A stretch of 64,000 nucleotides of DNA, from positions 96,001 to 160,000 of IMG/VR virus record IMGVR_UViG_3300028804_000001. One strand, 5' to 3'. Numbering within the stretch: the stretch's first letter is position 1; every line of letters starts with the position of its first letter. The translations under genes were made by a program, and so were the position numbers. The notes below the pieces were generated by a model. It worked only from the letters and a program-made list of their open reading frames with translations. It had not been told where the DNA came from and did not search any database. Positions 38,501-48,260 of this stretch are shown here, one piece after another. This DNA is from a virus. Lineage: Duplodnaviria > Caudoviricetes.

Positions 38501-40718
38501 GTATAACACCTCCGATCTCGACGGAAGAAGATTCAATTATGTAACTATGGGATGTTGCGGCATTGAGCGTACCATGGTTTGCCAGAGATACTTTTTGCTG
38601 GTTAATAAGCTTATAATCTGGGCTACCAGGAATAGCTGCCGACAGCTGAACAAGTAGATATTTGTTTCCACTGTCATCAGTATTGTTTTCATCATGAGAA
38701 AAGCTTACTTCTCCTACAGTATGCCCATCTGTAACAGAACCATTAAGGAATGGTACGGAGAAGGCACTAAGGCTTGGAATCTTAGATGAATCTTGAGTAA
38801 GAGTAGAGTCACCAATAGGTCTAAACTCGGAGGAGGAGCCAGTAGGTCCTACGAGTTCAAACTGCCTAGGATTATGTCTAAGGCCAAGCCCAGAGTTGAT
38901 AGCCAACTGGATGGACTTACCTATTTCATTTGCATTTTCGCCGCAAATAAAATAAGCATCAGAAGGATTTCCGCCAGTCACTTTAGCTCTGAAAGTGATG
39001 CTATCGGCTGACGAAAGAGTAATGGGATCTGCTTTAAAGAAAGATACAATATCTGGCAATGCTGCCTGTGGATGTTGTGTCTTAGCTTGTAAGATTACTT
39101 CATCGAGAAGAAGTATTTCATATTCAAGATAAGTGGATCCAGTCAGTTCCTTAACTTCTGTAATGGTATTTCCATTCTTCTTACAGAGAAGAAATCCAAC
39201 ACCGCCAATCTGAAATGGTTTAGTATAATCAAAACCAGAATCTTCAGTAAAGGGAGAGAATTTAACATCTACAAAATCAGTATCAAGCCAGATTCTATAG
39301 CCAGTATTAATATTGGTAGTTCCCTGCTTTACTTTAACCGGCAGGTGTGCGCCAAAGTCAGTTCTTAACTGATGGGTTCTAATCTTATCTCCGCGGTAAA
39401 CAGCAAGCTTGCTATCCCGAGGAATAAGCTTTTCTCTAAGAGAATTTCTCCAATCTGCTCTTTCAATTGGAATAATTGGATGTGCATTTCTTAAGTCGGT
39501 TAAGACCGATCCTGTGAATCCTTTTGTATCTGGATTTCCACCATATACAATTGGCATAATATCGGAGAGTATCGTCCAGGAACTGCTACTTTTAAGTTTA
39601 GTAGAATCCTCATCCCAGCAGCTTACAAGGACTTCATAGATTGCAAAAGCATTATCTACTTGCTGTGCACCAGACTCGGATTCGGAAGAACCAACAACTA
39701 CACGAATCTCCCCATCTGACTGTGCAACAATGAGATCCTTTCTCCAAGCTGGATAGAAATGATAGAAATAGATAGTAAGAGTATCAGTTTGCTCACTCGC
39801 AAGTGGATCTGGATTGGCAGCGAGGAATACAGAAGGTCTCACTGAGATATAGGCTTCTTCCGAGTTAGATCCATTATAGAGAATCTTGATATCTCTATCA
39901 TTTGGATCTGAGGAAGATTCGCCCAACAGTCTATCAGTTCCATTATCTGCCCATAGAACTTGAAGATCTAGATCTCCAGAAGTGGTAGAGAATTGAGCAG
40001 GCTCTACTGGAAATCTAAGAGGAAGTCCATTTCTAGCTCTAGAGATTGGGATCCTTCCGATAAATCTAGAGGATCCAGTATCATAAGTAAGATCTACTCT
40101 GTTAATAGCTTCCTTAGGGAATACACTATTACTAATGTCGAACTCTACGTTCTTTTTGATCTCTGGTGGATCGATAGTTACACTGTAGGTTTGATTAGCT
40201 GTCCCATAACCTCTTAAGAAGTTAGGACCAAGGATCTTACCACCAACAAGATCAATAGTTCTATCATTGATCTTAAGAATCTCAAACTCGGGGATAACAT
40301 TAACCTGACCGGGAACTAATCTATTTTCAATAGGTGCTACGGCAGATGAGAATGGATCCTGCTCATCGAAAGACTTAATAACACCAACATCAAAGATATC
40401 TTTGAGTGGCAGGGCGCCAGCATCAATACGCTCACCCTGGAGAATGATATTCTGTCTTAATGCTTCAAGAGCCTTCGCAACATTCTGATTCTTAGCAGGA
40501 AGGTTATAGATATCAAAATCAAACTCACCAAGGAGTTGTGCTACCTGCTTGAACGTCTTTTCATACGTAGTAAATCTAGGACCATGGAGTGCATGCATCC
40601 GCTGCTCTGCGGGGTTAAGTCTTGCACCCGGTGCTAAATCTTTATATACGTTCGGATCCCCAGGGCCTGGAGTCTCCGAGGCGAAGTTGAAAAATAATTC
40701 TATCTTTTTCTTAGCCAA
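32565..40718 (-). CDS. Giant tail fibre/receptor-binding protein (2717 aa) with LamG and YVTN/YncE beta-propeller domains
   Basis: GDFTIE/GDFTFE and W.H.AV.R..G LamG motifs; DGT.IWV.N and VGT.P propeller blades; TRKDYVD; C-terminal QAHFH fibre-tip motif. Confidence 0.85.
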   Translation of the reverse strand: MAKKKIELFFNFASETPGPGDPNVYKDLAPGARLNPAEQRMHALHGPRFTTYEKTFKQVAQLLGEFDFDIYNLPAKNQNVAKALEALRQNIILQGERIDAGALPLKDIFDVGVIKSFDEQDPFSSAVAPIENRLVPGQVNVIPEFEILKINDRTIDLVGGKILGPNFLRGYGTANQTYSVTIDPPEIKKNVEFDISNSVFPKEAINRVDLTYDTGSSRFIGRIPISRARNGLPLRFPVEPAQFSTTSGDLDLQVLWADNGTDRLLGESSSDPNDRDIKILYNGSNSEEAYISVRPSVFLAANPDPLASEQTDTLTIYFYHFYPAWRKDLIVAQSDGEIRVVVGSSESESGAQQVDNAFAIYEVLVSCWDEDSTKLKSSSSWTILSDIMPIVYGGNPDTKGFTGSVLTDLRNAHPIIPIERADWRNSLREKLIPRDSKLAVYRGDKIRTHQLRTDFGAHLPVKVKQGTTNINTGYRIWLDTDFVDVKFSPFTEDSGFDYTKPFQIGGVGFLLCKKNGNTITEVKELTGSTYLEYEILLLDEVILQAKTQHPQAALPDIVSFFKADPITLSSADSITFRAKVTGGNPSDAYFICGENANEIGKSIQLAINSGLGLRHNPRQFELVGPTGSSSEFRPIGDSTLTQDSSKIPSLSAFSVPFLNGSVTDGHTVGEVSFSHDENNTDDSGNKYLLVQLSAAIPGSPDYKLINQQKVSLANHGTLNAATSHSYIIESSSVEIGGVIHFAVLMGFYTGSLLNETTERCAIVVGSVIPRLGVPVVTSKIIGSNTDFSSLYGVTTLLIRSSSFYSVTGSQFHMSADDEGNTIIAFIGKTEDTVSDTVDVFCLDRAKNLRGTYRTEYTAGSNLKVRTACTTAYKGQHSGLVILKKDIASLTSTYTYDFYGSDHHNEEVETALKLLSTHDVSFDTVSNNNDQTDIGAVWSFDNKINVVFSTTNISNDNKIVAYKHLVSGNDIVDLSSKEYTITTFARYPSSQYYYCDGSSIIVGGFDSGVAKLWVAREERVSEVTGKSTSQPFKILARNNILALFYESSNYTSDPNDSFDYLLYLDSAGISEDGDYPSVKNPNGYLFLGYYQNIGEEFRQDEEDNDNLITDPLFVHNKWQYGDPNSLTTISFNRDPVTIAPGEILEYTVTDYQYDYILLDRLEGKVVCVAYDCSNAGDSDLDGYSSVYLRDNSGYYFPVLKQERGLAWFYIDQAVDTNLKIKFTNRGSYNIVFNWATAAVGWKPLMKVDEISWIKKTVGALSVEDATDATTSNYSGGASIRTKGGISAEKQIRSGSNIAASGDINAGGNISAVGSLTVGSDSTIGGDSSVTGNSTVGGALQVQDDVTLVAGQIHLPLTPTDNDHGTRKDYVDYWAQFYGRHVGDIFHRRECVEPTVDKPWFRLTQEDTVISILNWSLLVPEWRNRASDSYGIKDFKATNYIQHRDGVRLYLEDRYIERSVFESYRQDALFHVTKGGVVGGSKHNWNKTITLETGYGPLTAGDYRVIGYGYDAETTEEAQGSMSPDVVLFTRSPYQDGGNSYDIRDGSPKKRRIEHWRSGGGLSNSAYATDTESSYFDGAGDTLVCDPHSDFDLSGDFTIEGYFYPSTSGVNAQSMGIITREKTIDRLDYALAGWTTGINNYFGHEAFGYLWTTNASSSLKKIDLKTGRVVGTYSGGTALYDITDDGTFIWVVDYGSDIIRKINPSTMAQVATVSVGTGPLQIVNAEGFLWVTNNTANSISKVNFNTNTQEVGYPMALGANNPEGIYNDNGTLWISCYGSASVVRFDATSDSIIGSPITVGTNPRGITKAAGFIWVANWGSNSISKINSSGAVVDTLTASYSALSNPAGLVATPDEKVIYICDYSNNSLKHLDTTNSIITAGRISTRANPYTKPFILSNGYEMFIPCVSDTVLNIISLKTIQEATYFVDTQNGGNNYRVASDGTNLWVTSNTVGSKLVKFYPVTGAIDPTAISVGGGNYVVDIFYGGGFIWYIDDSYTLKKVNTSSISVVGTCVLPSACNGGVHDGTFIWVTNYGGNAILKIDPGTMTIVQTITANIDTNPYAIASYGNYIWFSSFGGNNIRSMNKTTLEVGAPIPIGGDCYRMVHDGTYLWAPVYDTDYIYKIDPSKAGTDAVITSTVTPVSNPIHITLRSDGAKVISYYNGGTGSYIGIIKGNEDFSTHWNAAGLYNMGAGGAYCSASTSDGSHWVVSIGAPLLIKVRKDILQDVAFGLYYDGSRDRIIWAGKNFSNTTQLASPNGSVTNLSTWYHFAVSRKSGKLRMWLNQNMVGEVDDTTDYTGTSEQRLFIGYSGLLRNRIDGLTFYGYMDNIQITKGSVSTWENRHWDGVWSSYTSPKEWSVRRNRYLLIDHANTVDTSAVLFMDGEDPGSGNYVVDLSQYKHFVKNQNSVTFEPRNKYTGSSSYRFTSSAYFEIVDFDGWDLGTGDFTFEFRMWPFFTSGTRYLLLRSSAVSAADTDRIYGIQMDATNMLIKWRGTGAGGVTISTPNNSITRTHEWFHVVVTRESGTLKIYIDGVLQASAADATNYTTGSDRPLFIGHGESGSLTSYSGYLDNIRIDKGIARFTGSSFTETRSGTFRVHPHRIVGSSTTAQHIKMEGFEQAADYGLLAGFRFTDTSQAHFHPHYHTTSIDHGIYSGMIHPFASAGTGFGGGDLGSSSVNYNTGNVSQTDSDSISSYGSLRLSYKNQPLGQAVHIYEFGGVYNP

Positions 40719-41838
40719 AGTTTACACCTACAGAGCTTATTGTTTGCGGGAAATTATCGTTACTGTTCAATATAAACAGGAGCCAGTATATTTTGTTTGC
40801 TTCAAGGTTGGTTGTACCTTTCAAGACCTCATCGATACCAGTGATGTATTTATTGCTCACCTTATCGAACTCTTCCTGCTTATCATAAACCCGGATACTT
40901 ACGCCACTCAGCTTTGGCGAATACCAGGTTCCATTAACTTCAATGCCAGTAAGTTTGGTATTATCTGGTACACTAAAAGAATAACCAAAATAGCTAGTGC
41001 TGGCATATGTGGTAGAGAATGCTTCAAGTAGATCTACCCCAACGATAGAACCATTTAGACTTTCAATTCTAGATCTATTGGTAAGAGAAATATTCAGTCT
41101 ATTCCCTTGAATTGGAACAAATGGGATATACGCTGGAAAGGTTCTATCAAGAGCAGTAGTTTCGTTAAACTCTATCTGGGAGATCTTATTTGAAATATTG
41201 CTGTCGTTAATAGATACCGAATCAAGTTCCATTAAGCCGCCGGCTGGGAAAGGGTGATATTCTAAAGTATTGAAGGCTGCCAGTTCATTTGAAAGAGAAG
41301 TTTCTAGAATAAGATTAGCTTCTGTTACATCCTTACCAATGAATCTAAGAAGATATGGATACTCTCCAACTAGAATATCATTAATGTCACTTTCAAACAC
41401 TGCCTCTGGTTTGCTCAGGAATATATAGTTATGAGAGCTCTTTCTAATAGTAACACCGGGGCGTATTACTCTCTGCATATCTGCCAGATCAGTAAAGATC
41501 CTTCTCTTATTGATTATCTTACTTACAATGATACCAAATTCTGGAAGAGGTTCTGCTTTCTCGTTATCAGAAATAGATGAAGGATAAACAAACTTGGAGG
41601 TAGGAGTAATAGTTAGATTATAGGTTTTCTTTTCTCTAAGAGAATTCTGAAGAATGATTCTCTTGTTTGAAGTATCTATAAGTCTAAGGCCAGTATTAAG
41701 GATTTCTACCTTACCGAGATTCTCAAATGCTTGATCGTATAGATTTGAAGCATCTGTATAGGCTTGATGGAAATACCTGTTAAGTAGACCGGTATCTATC
41801 CTGGCAATATCACTAAGCTGCTGATCAGGTGTTTCCAT
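40711..41838 (-). CDS. Putative virion structural protein
   Basis: In tail operon. Confidence 0.6.
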   Translation of the reverse strand: METPDQQLSDIARIDTGLLNRYFHQAYTDASNLYDQAFENLGKVEILNTGLRLIDTSNKRIILQNSLREKKTYNLTITPTSKFVYPSSISDNEKAEPLPEFGIIVSKIINKRRIFTDLADMQRVIRPGVTIRKSSHNYIFLSKPEAVFESDINDILVGEYPYLLRFIGKDVTEANLILETSLSNELAAFNTLEYHPFPAGGLMELDSVSINDSNISNKISQIEFNETTALDRTFPAYIPFVPIQGNRLNISLTNRSRIESLNGSIVGVDLLEAFSTTYASTSYFGYSFSVPDNTKLTGIEVNGTWYSPKLSGVSIRVYDKQEEFDKVSNKYITGIDEVLKGTTNLEANKIYWLLFILNSNDNFPQTISSVGVNFG

Positions 41839-41839
41839 T

Positions 41840-42676
41840 TTATACTACAGCCACCATAATATTTTTTTCTACGAGGTAGTTATTCTTTAGAGTAACTTTC
41901 AGTCTACCATCTGCTTGAACCTCCCCAGATACAAAAATAGTATCTGGGTTTTCTGGAAGAACTAAATCTAAACCTGAAATATATTCGAAAGAATAAGGAG
42001 TTCCATCAGCAGCAAACAGAACTTTACCATAAATAAACGATGGGCCACTATGGATATGCATCATGCTGTTAATGTTTAATCCTTCGAGTGACACAGTTCC
42101 AGCAGCTTCCAGAGATACTGCTATTGGCGATGTAGTAGAGTTATTGAGAAGAGCGGATCTTCCTTCTGCAGTATATGTAGCAACATATGTATTGAGACCA
42201 GTATCAAAGTTTACAGTATATGTTCCAATGCAAAGATCTGTAATTGGCTGGTCTTCCAGGAATACAATATCAATCTCTTCTCTTAAGATATAATTGTATT
42301 TCCTATTTCTCTGTCTTTCATTTACACGTTTATCGTCCGTGGTTCTTTTAGAGATACGTACACCAATATAGTATTTCTTGCCAGCCTCAAAATTATCGAG
42401 ACCATAGGAGCTATCCGGTGCAAAAAGAATAGGATTGAAATCAGAGTCCAACCCTCCAAATGATTCAATGTCCAGCTTGGACATATCAAAGCTATTGGTA
42501 GATACTTTTGGATATTTAAGAAATCCCGGAGCACTATCTACAGATGAGCTGATGAATTGGCGCAGCTTTGTAATTACATAGTCAATATCCCGGATATGAT
42601 CCTCAATAGAATAATCATCGAGAAAAGCTTCTGGATTCTCTACGTATGTGCGTTCAGCTGCAGGCACGTTACTCAT
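41840..42676 (-). CDS. Putative virion structural protein
   Basis: In tail operon. Confidence 0.6.
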   Translation of the reverse strand: MSNVPAAERTYVENPEAFLDDYSIEDHIRDIDYVITKLRQFISSSVDSAPGFLKYPKVSTNSFDMSKLDIESFGGLDSDFNPILFAPDSSYGLDNFEAGKKYYIGVRISKRTTDDKRVNERQRNRKYNYILREEIDIVFLEDQPITDLCIGTYTVNFDTGLNTYVATYTAEGRSALLNNSTTSPIAVSLEAAGTVSLEGLNINSMMHIHSGPSFIYGKVLFAADGTPYSFEYISGLDLVLPENPDTIFVSGEVQADGRLKVTLKNNYLVEKNIMVAVV

Positions 42677-43796
42677 AAACTATCTCCACACTGAATGCAG
42701 GAGTGGTTTCTCCTGCAACTAAAATATATATAGTCTCTGCCGTATCAAACGAAGCTGCCTTCAGTGCATTGTAAATAGCCTGCGCATAAGATGCAGTCTT
42801 CAGTATTACATATAAACCATCAGATTCCATCCCCTCTGGAATCATTGATGTTGTATCAAAACTATCAAATGAAAGAATCCTTCGTTCATTCTGTGTCTTT
42901 CTAACCAGGCCGATATAATCGGATCCAGCTATTCCAGAAGCTATCTCATCCATAGCTAGAAGATTAGCTTCTGTTGTGCTATAGAGAGCTCTGGACCTGG
43001 CTGATAACCTGGTCATTAGATTTCTATTTCTTAGTGTCTCTTCTATGATTCTGTCTAATATAGTGCTGATAGTACCTCTAGTTCTGCCAGCCTCTCTGAA
43101 AGCAACGACCAGTTTATATCTCTCATTAGGTCCTTTGAATCTAAAGTTTACACGATGGGAAGGAAACCTCCATACCTTTGGATCCTGCCGGTATTTGATT
43201 CTCTTTTCGAGAAGCTCTGTATCGAAATACTTTCGAATGTGGGGAGCACTTTCAGCACCGAATAATCTTTCCAGAGTATCATTACTTACATATGGTTTAT
43301 AGAGTCTGCGGCCGGCATTCTCCGAGGTGAACCTAGAAGACTCAATTCTTTCAAATCCAGCAATGTATGGTGTATGATAAACAGTTCCAGAGAAATTGTA
43401 AACTATCCTGTACAAATACAGGAATCCTGGTCTAGAATGCGTATCAATATATCTAGTGTTCTGGGTCTTAATGAAATCCGAGATATCTACAAAGGTTGGG
43501 GTCATTCTAAGATTGGCAGCTCTCTGAATAACAGTGAGATTATCATAGTTAGATAAAGCTGGAAGCCAGAAGGCAGATGACATCATCAGCTCATCATTCA
43601 TAAACTGAAGAACAGTTTGTCCTTTTATAGCCTCTCTTATTTCTGCTCTAACCCATTCTTCTGAAAGATCCAGCTCATACTTCTCTAATGTAAACTGATC
43701 AGTATCACTATAACTAGATGGATAATCTCTGTCTAGTATGAGAACAAGTTCACCGGTTTCTTCCCGGATATCTAAATGGAAAGTTCTTATAATCAT
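42669..43796 (-). CDS. Hypothetical (structural module) protein
   Basis: In tail operon. Confidence 0.6.
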   Translation of the reverse strand: MIIRTFHLDIREETGELVLILDRDYPSSYSDTDQFTLEKYELDLSEEWVRAEIREAIKGQTVLQFMNDELMMSSAFWLPALSNYDNLTVIQRAANLRMTPTFVDISDFIKTQNTRYIDTHSRPGFLYLYRIVYNFSGTVYHTPYIAGFERIESSRFTSENAGRRLYKPYVSNDTLERLFGAESAPHIRKYFDTELLEKRIKYRQDPKVWRFPSHRVNFRFKGPNERYKLVVAFREAGRTRGTISTILDRIIEETLRNRNLMTRLSARSRALYSTTEANLLAMDEIASGIAGSDYIGLVRKTQNERRILSFDSFDTTSMIPEGMESDGLYVILKTASYAQAIYNALKAASFDTAETIYILVAGETTPAFSVEIVYE

Positions 43797-46315
43797 CCGG
43801 CTTTGACCTCAGGAGGATCAGTGTTATATTGATTGATACCAAGCCTTCTTAATTCTGGGGTATCGTTTCCAGTTCTTTTATCATTACTGAGAACTATCTT
43901 AATAGTAATGTTCTTAGGTTTGGTTCCGTCATCGTAATCAAACTCCATACGGAATGTCTCTGGGATGGAGATCGGATTAAAATCAGAATCGAATGTTATA
44001 GTCTTAAGATATTTACCTTCTGCATCTGCAGAAAGAATACTCGCATAATCTGGGATTCTATTGAGATAGATCTTCCCATCAAGAAACGCAAACTGTCTAT
44101 CATCAGTTCCACTATTAAGAACTAGTTCATAAATAGGAACTCTACGAAGTGATGCTTCAAATCCACGGAGTTCTACTTCTGAAGAAGGAATATCTATGAA
44201 TGCACCAGAAGAAAGCTTGGTCTTCTGATTAACCCCCCGGAATGGCTGAGAAGATTCAAATATATAGGATCCGGCAGTGAGAGTAAGAGAAGTCAGAGTG
44301 CTTATATCTTCTCCATTAAGCTTATGGTAGTTTCCAGCTTCGATCTCTGCCTTTGTAAAAGGACCTATCGTAACATCAACATTCCTCTCAGTAGACATGA
44401 ACACTTTATAGTTTCTTGATTCTACCTTATCCTGTAGCTGGATGAGAAAATCTGCATATAGTCTTTCTCCTCTATACGAACCAGATTTAACAAATACGAT
44501 TCTCTTTTTATCGAGCTCTTCTACGATATTGTAATCTGTTCCTTCTACCAGAGTCTTTCCATCGGTGTATATCTTTGTTCCATTTCTAAGAACTGAAGAT
44601 ATCTTATCTGATACATTATCCAAGCTGAAGTAGTATTTAACATTATACTTCACACCAGGGTTAAACGTGTTGGCTGGAACTGTAATTCTATACTTACCAG
44701 AAAATTCACCCGCGGTAAAATCTGAGATCTTAATATTAAGAGGCTTTAGATTCCTATCAGTAAAAGAGTACTCACCTTCAGGATAAACTAAATGAGTAAG
44801 ATCCATAGTATGGTCATCTAGTGGGGCTACCTCTTCTTCAAAGGTTAAATAGATAGGAACTGGATCATAAACAGATTCTTCTGCATTCCATTTAGGTTGG
44901 TAAGTTACTTTCTCATATAGAGTAGTAGTTTTTACTTTCTCTCTTACTATAGACCAGTCCCCGATTCCGCGGAATAGTCTCACACTATCATCAGAGATAG
45001 TTACCTTCTTAAGATCTATAGCCGATGATACATCAGCAATAACGTAGAGCTTTCCACCAAAGGTTTTATCTGGGGATAAATAACTCCAGTCTTTGGCAGT
45101 CTTCTTCTGAGTGTTATGAGAAATAGATTCGGTGAATCTCTTTGTTCCAATTCTAACAAAGTTCTCAGATTTATTCTGCCCTTCTCTAGTTGTTGGTATT
45201 ACGCTAAAGAAGTTAATAGGATTCCCATTAACATCGGAGTCATAAGAGATAAGATGTTTTATAGATGTTCCATCGGGAACTACTTCCTCGTTTACCAATG
45301 AAATGAATTTGGTATCTGTCTTCATATCAATTGGAAGAGTCTCTGCGGTTGCAGTAAATACTCTGGCAGTTCTTCCAAATCTAAACTTGCGCATATTGAA
45401 CTTATAAACATTAACCCCGGCAACTCCAGTAGTAGGAAGCTTTTGGTATACGCTTATAGTTGCGAAACGGATATCTCTTTCAGAGAAAGTGACTACTGCT
45501 CTTTCGCCATTAACTATGTTGGTATAGACAATATCCTGTTTGCCAGTAGGATCTTCCAGCATTACCTGCATGTATTGTCCTACAGCTGATGGCTCGAGGA
45601 AGATATCCAGATTATTTACCCTGGTCAAGTTTACGTTAACTCTGAAGTTAACTCCTATTTGTTCAGTAAGAAGACTATAGACTGTTACGTATACTCCATT
45701 GGAGAAGCTGCTATCTATAAGTGATACCTTATTGCCTTTAATCTCCGGGGAGAATTTATCATCTCCTACTACACCAGCAAATCTATCCACAGAGATATTA
45801 ATTGCATCCGGACTGAGATTAAGGCTAGATTGTGGTTCAGACTGAGATGTAAAAAGCTTCAATCCAGAGGACGATGTATCTGCATCCGTAGTCTTCTCAT
45901 TTAATCCGGATTTAAAATCTACTTCTGTAGTGAAGCCGGCTATGAACTGATCAGAGGTAAAGAATACAGCATCATTGGTAATCTTTCTAATCTTCTTGGA
46001 ATAGATAAGTTTATTGATCTCATTAAGCAGAACTCTTTCTCTAACTGTTTCGTAGAACTTATCTAAATAATCGCTGATTGTAGAAGCATCTATACTAATA
46101 AGATCCAGTTCCGCGGTAAGAGAATCCAAATCCATTGGTTCCTCAAATGGTTGAGCTCTATAGAACCCACTCATAGGAAACCATGGTTCTCGTGCCTTTA
46201 CTTTCTCTCTAAGAGATATGATATCTCTTATATCCAGGATTCTATTAGCAAATGTATTACGGTGTAAATACTGCTTGAGTGTATTGTTTATCTTATCTGT
46301 AATTATTGATAACAT
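43793..46315 (-). CDS. Putative baseplate/virion structural protein
   Basis: Helical N-terminus, beta-rich body, VPDGTSIK..IS, C-terminal TPEL; architecture shared with neighbours. Confidence 0.6.
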   Translation of the reverse strand: MLSIITDKINNTLKQYLHRNTFANRILDIRDIISLREKVKAREPWFPMSGFYRAQPFEEPMDLDSLTAELDLISIDASTISDYLDKFYETVRERVLLNEINKLIYSKKIRKITNDAVFFTSDQFIAGFTTEVDFKSGLNEKTTDADTSSSGLKLFTSQSEPQSSLNLSPDAINISVDRFAGVVGDDKFSPEIKGNKVSLIDSSFSNGVYVTVYSLLTEQIGVNFRVNVNLTRVNNLDIFLEPSAVGQYMQVMLEDPTGKQDIVYTNIVNGERAVVTFSERDIRFATISVYQKLPTTGVAGVNVYKFNMRKFRFGRTARVFTATAETLPIDMKTDTKFISLVNEEVVPDGTSIKHLISYDSDVNGNPINFFSVIPTTREGQNKSENFVRIGTKRFTESISHNTQKKTAKDWSYLSPDKTFGGKLYVIADVSSAIDLKKVTISDDSVRLFRGIGDWSIVREKVKTTTLYEKVTYQPKWNAEESVYDPVPIYLTFEEEVAPLDDHTMDLTHLVYPEGEYSFTDRNLKPLNIKISDFTAGEFSGKYRITVPANTFNPGVKYNVKYYFSLDNVSDKISSVLRNGTKIYTDGKTLVEGTDYNIVEELDKKRIVFVKSGSYRGERLYADFLIQLQDKVESRNYKVFMSTERNVDVTIGPFTKAEIEAGNYHKLNGEDISTLTSLTLTAGSYIFESSQPFRGVNQKTKLSSGAFIDIPSSEVELRGFEASLRRVPIYELVLNSGTDDRQFAFLDGKIYLNRIPDYASILSADAEGKYLKTITFDSDFNPISIPETFRMEFDYDDGTKPKNITIKIVLSNDKRTGNDTPELRRLGINQYNTDPPEVKAG

Positions 46316-47979
46316 TAGATTCCGAATGTCTCCTTAACTCTGATAAGATAGCCAAATACTTTAGGAGCAAGAGAGGATCCTGAGTTATCCATTACTATCT
46401 TTAGCTTTACTCTACCGCTTGCTAAAACATTCTCTCTAGCAGGATCCCTAGAATCAAATATCAAACGGTTCTTTAATCCTGCTGGCGGAAGCTGCCGATT
46501 GACCGGCCAAATTTCTATAAAGTTTGTTCCATCGGTAGAAAGGAGATATTTAATAGAAGCTGAAGTAAGTCCCTCTGGAATTAATTCATTTACATTAATC
46601 TCAACAGATTGTATCTCATTTCCTCTTCCAAAGAATGAGCTTATATATTCCCCTCTATCTGACATTTGGATAGTTTGGAAATCCAGCTTTCTAATAGCTA
46701 AGAATCTTTTACTTATAGATTTCTTAATCGGCTCCCTTCTTCCTGTGGTTAGAGCCTGTTCTATATCAGCAGTATTGATTCCTGTTCTTTCAATGGTCAA
46801 TTCACTATTGAAGATGAAATCCTGAATGTAGAGACTTTCAAAATAATTGAATACTCTAATTACTCTATCCTCATTATCGAGGACCTGATACTCTTGATAT
46901 TCAATCTCTTTAGAGTTGGCACATTCGAATACTACTTTGATAGCACTTACTGCAGTTTGGTTGATCAGTATTTTAATAGATGAATAGTTCTGATTGTTTC
47001 CAGGCTTGATAGTCTTGTTATCTGGCTGCGGTTGTAATCCTCTTACTACCAATCCTTTCGAAAAGATACTATCTGTAATATCTTCAAAAGTAGGATTACT
47101 GTTTCTTTGGATGAGTATCTTAGATATCTTAGGGAAATCAGAACACTGGCCAAACTCTATGTTGAGAGTTCCGATTGCCTGATCTGGATTGAGGAAAGTA
47201 TAGTTAATAGCAGCAGTAAGAGTTCCTTCTTCATAGCTTTCAACGTAGAAGGTATCCTCATTATCCTGTTGTAAATTTCCAGGCTGTGGTAGATTTCTAA
47301 ATATAGGATTTAGATCTATGAATTTTCCAAAGTAATACCCAGAGGTAAACAGCTTCTCTGTTTGTATCTTTGCATTAGATCCATCGCGGATAAATAACTT
47401 CTTACCACTTATCTCTACCGATTTATCAGTGAGTGGAATATAAGGTATTTCTGCATTCTCTATAAATGGAACTGTAAGGCAACCTTCAGTAGTATTAATA
47501 TTAAGAGTGTTACTAAAAACAGAATCATGTCCATTAAACATAACCGAGTTATAATTTTCATCTCGGATAGAGTTGGTGGTAGTATTAGTTATGACCCCCT
47601 CTGCTGCAGTCATAAGCGGATCCAGAGAAGCCATATACTTATTTAGATAGGTGGTTACTGATTCTGTATTATCTGCTAGGAATGAAAGATGATCTTTTAG
47701 ATTAATAGATCTAAGATGCTGGAGACCATTGAATACTTTCAGGTTACCAAAGAAAGCATTGAGTTCTTCTGGTGTCCTAACCCAATGCCTTTCAATACCT
47801 ATCCATCTGAGTCCAAGGAATTCTCTGATTCTAATAAGGCTTGATTGGACGATCTTATAGAAGTCGTTAGAGAATGATCTAAAAGACACATTAGACTTAT
47901 CGATAATTCCTTCGATTTCAGTCTTAACAAAGTCTTCTTTAGGATCAGTGATAGACAGCAGTTTTCTGTTTAGAATCAT
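46315..47979 (-). CDS. Putative baseplate/virion structural protein
   Basis: GEYIS..E.IP..SIKY.LS.DG, C-terminal APKV.GY; paralog-like to 43793 and 48257. Confidence 0.6.
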   Translation of the reverse strand: MILNRKLLSITDPKEDFVKTEIEGIIDKSNVSFRSFSNDFYKIVQSSLIRIREFLGLRWIGIERHWVRTPEELNAFFGNLKVFNGLQHLRSINLKDHLSFLADNTESVTTYLNKYMASLDPLMTAAEGVITNTTTNSIRDENYNSVMFNGHDSVFSNTLNINTTEGCLTVPFIENAEIPYIPLTDKSVEISGKKLFIRDGSNAKIQTEKLFTSGYYFGKFIDLNPIFRNLPQPGNLQQDNEDTFYVESYEEGTLTAAINYTFLNPDQAIGTLNIEFGQCSDFPKISKILIQRNSNPTFEDITDSIFSKGLVVRGLQPQPDNKTIKPGNNQNYSSIKILINQTAVSAIKVVFECANSKEIEYQEYQVLDNEDRVIRVFNYFESLYIQDFIFNSELTIERTGINTADIEQALTTGRREPIKKSISKRFLAIRKLDFQTIQMSDRGEYISSFFGRGNEIQSVEINVNELIPEGLTSASIKYLLSTDGTNFIEIWPVNRQLPPAGLKNRLIFDSRDPARENVLASGRVKLKIVMDNSGSSLAPKVFGYLIRVKETFGI

Positions 47980-48260
47980 TAATCGGTCTCCGGCAACTGC
48001 TCTTCTTTATCGTTAATAATAGGAAGCTCTGTGCCCTGCAAGAGAAATTCTTCCAACATGCGGTTACGTTCCTTCTCTGTATTTGTAGCTTCCACTAACC
48101 ACTTCTCAGCTTCATCTCTGATTTGGCGGATATCCTTTATGAGCCTGAGCCAGTTAAGATATACCCCGAGCTGGTCAGAAGCCCTATCCCACTTCTCCAT
48201 GAGCTCTTCTCTAGTTTTTGCATCATATGCAAGTTTAACAATTCTCTCATAGCTTCTCAT
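47979..48260 (-). CDS. Small helical hypothetical protein
   Basis: Translationally coupled on both sides. Confidence 0.6.
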   Translation of the reverse strand: MRSYERIVKLAYDAKTREELMEKWDRASDQLGVYLNWLRLIKDIRQIRDEAEKWLVEATNTEKERNRMLEEFLLQGTELPIINDKEEQLPETD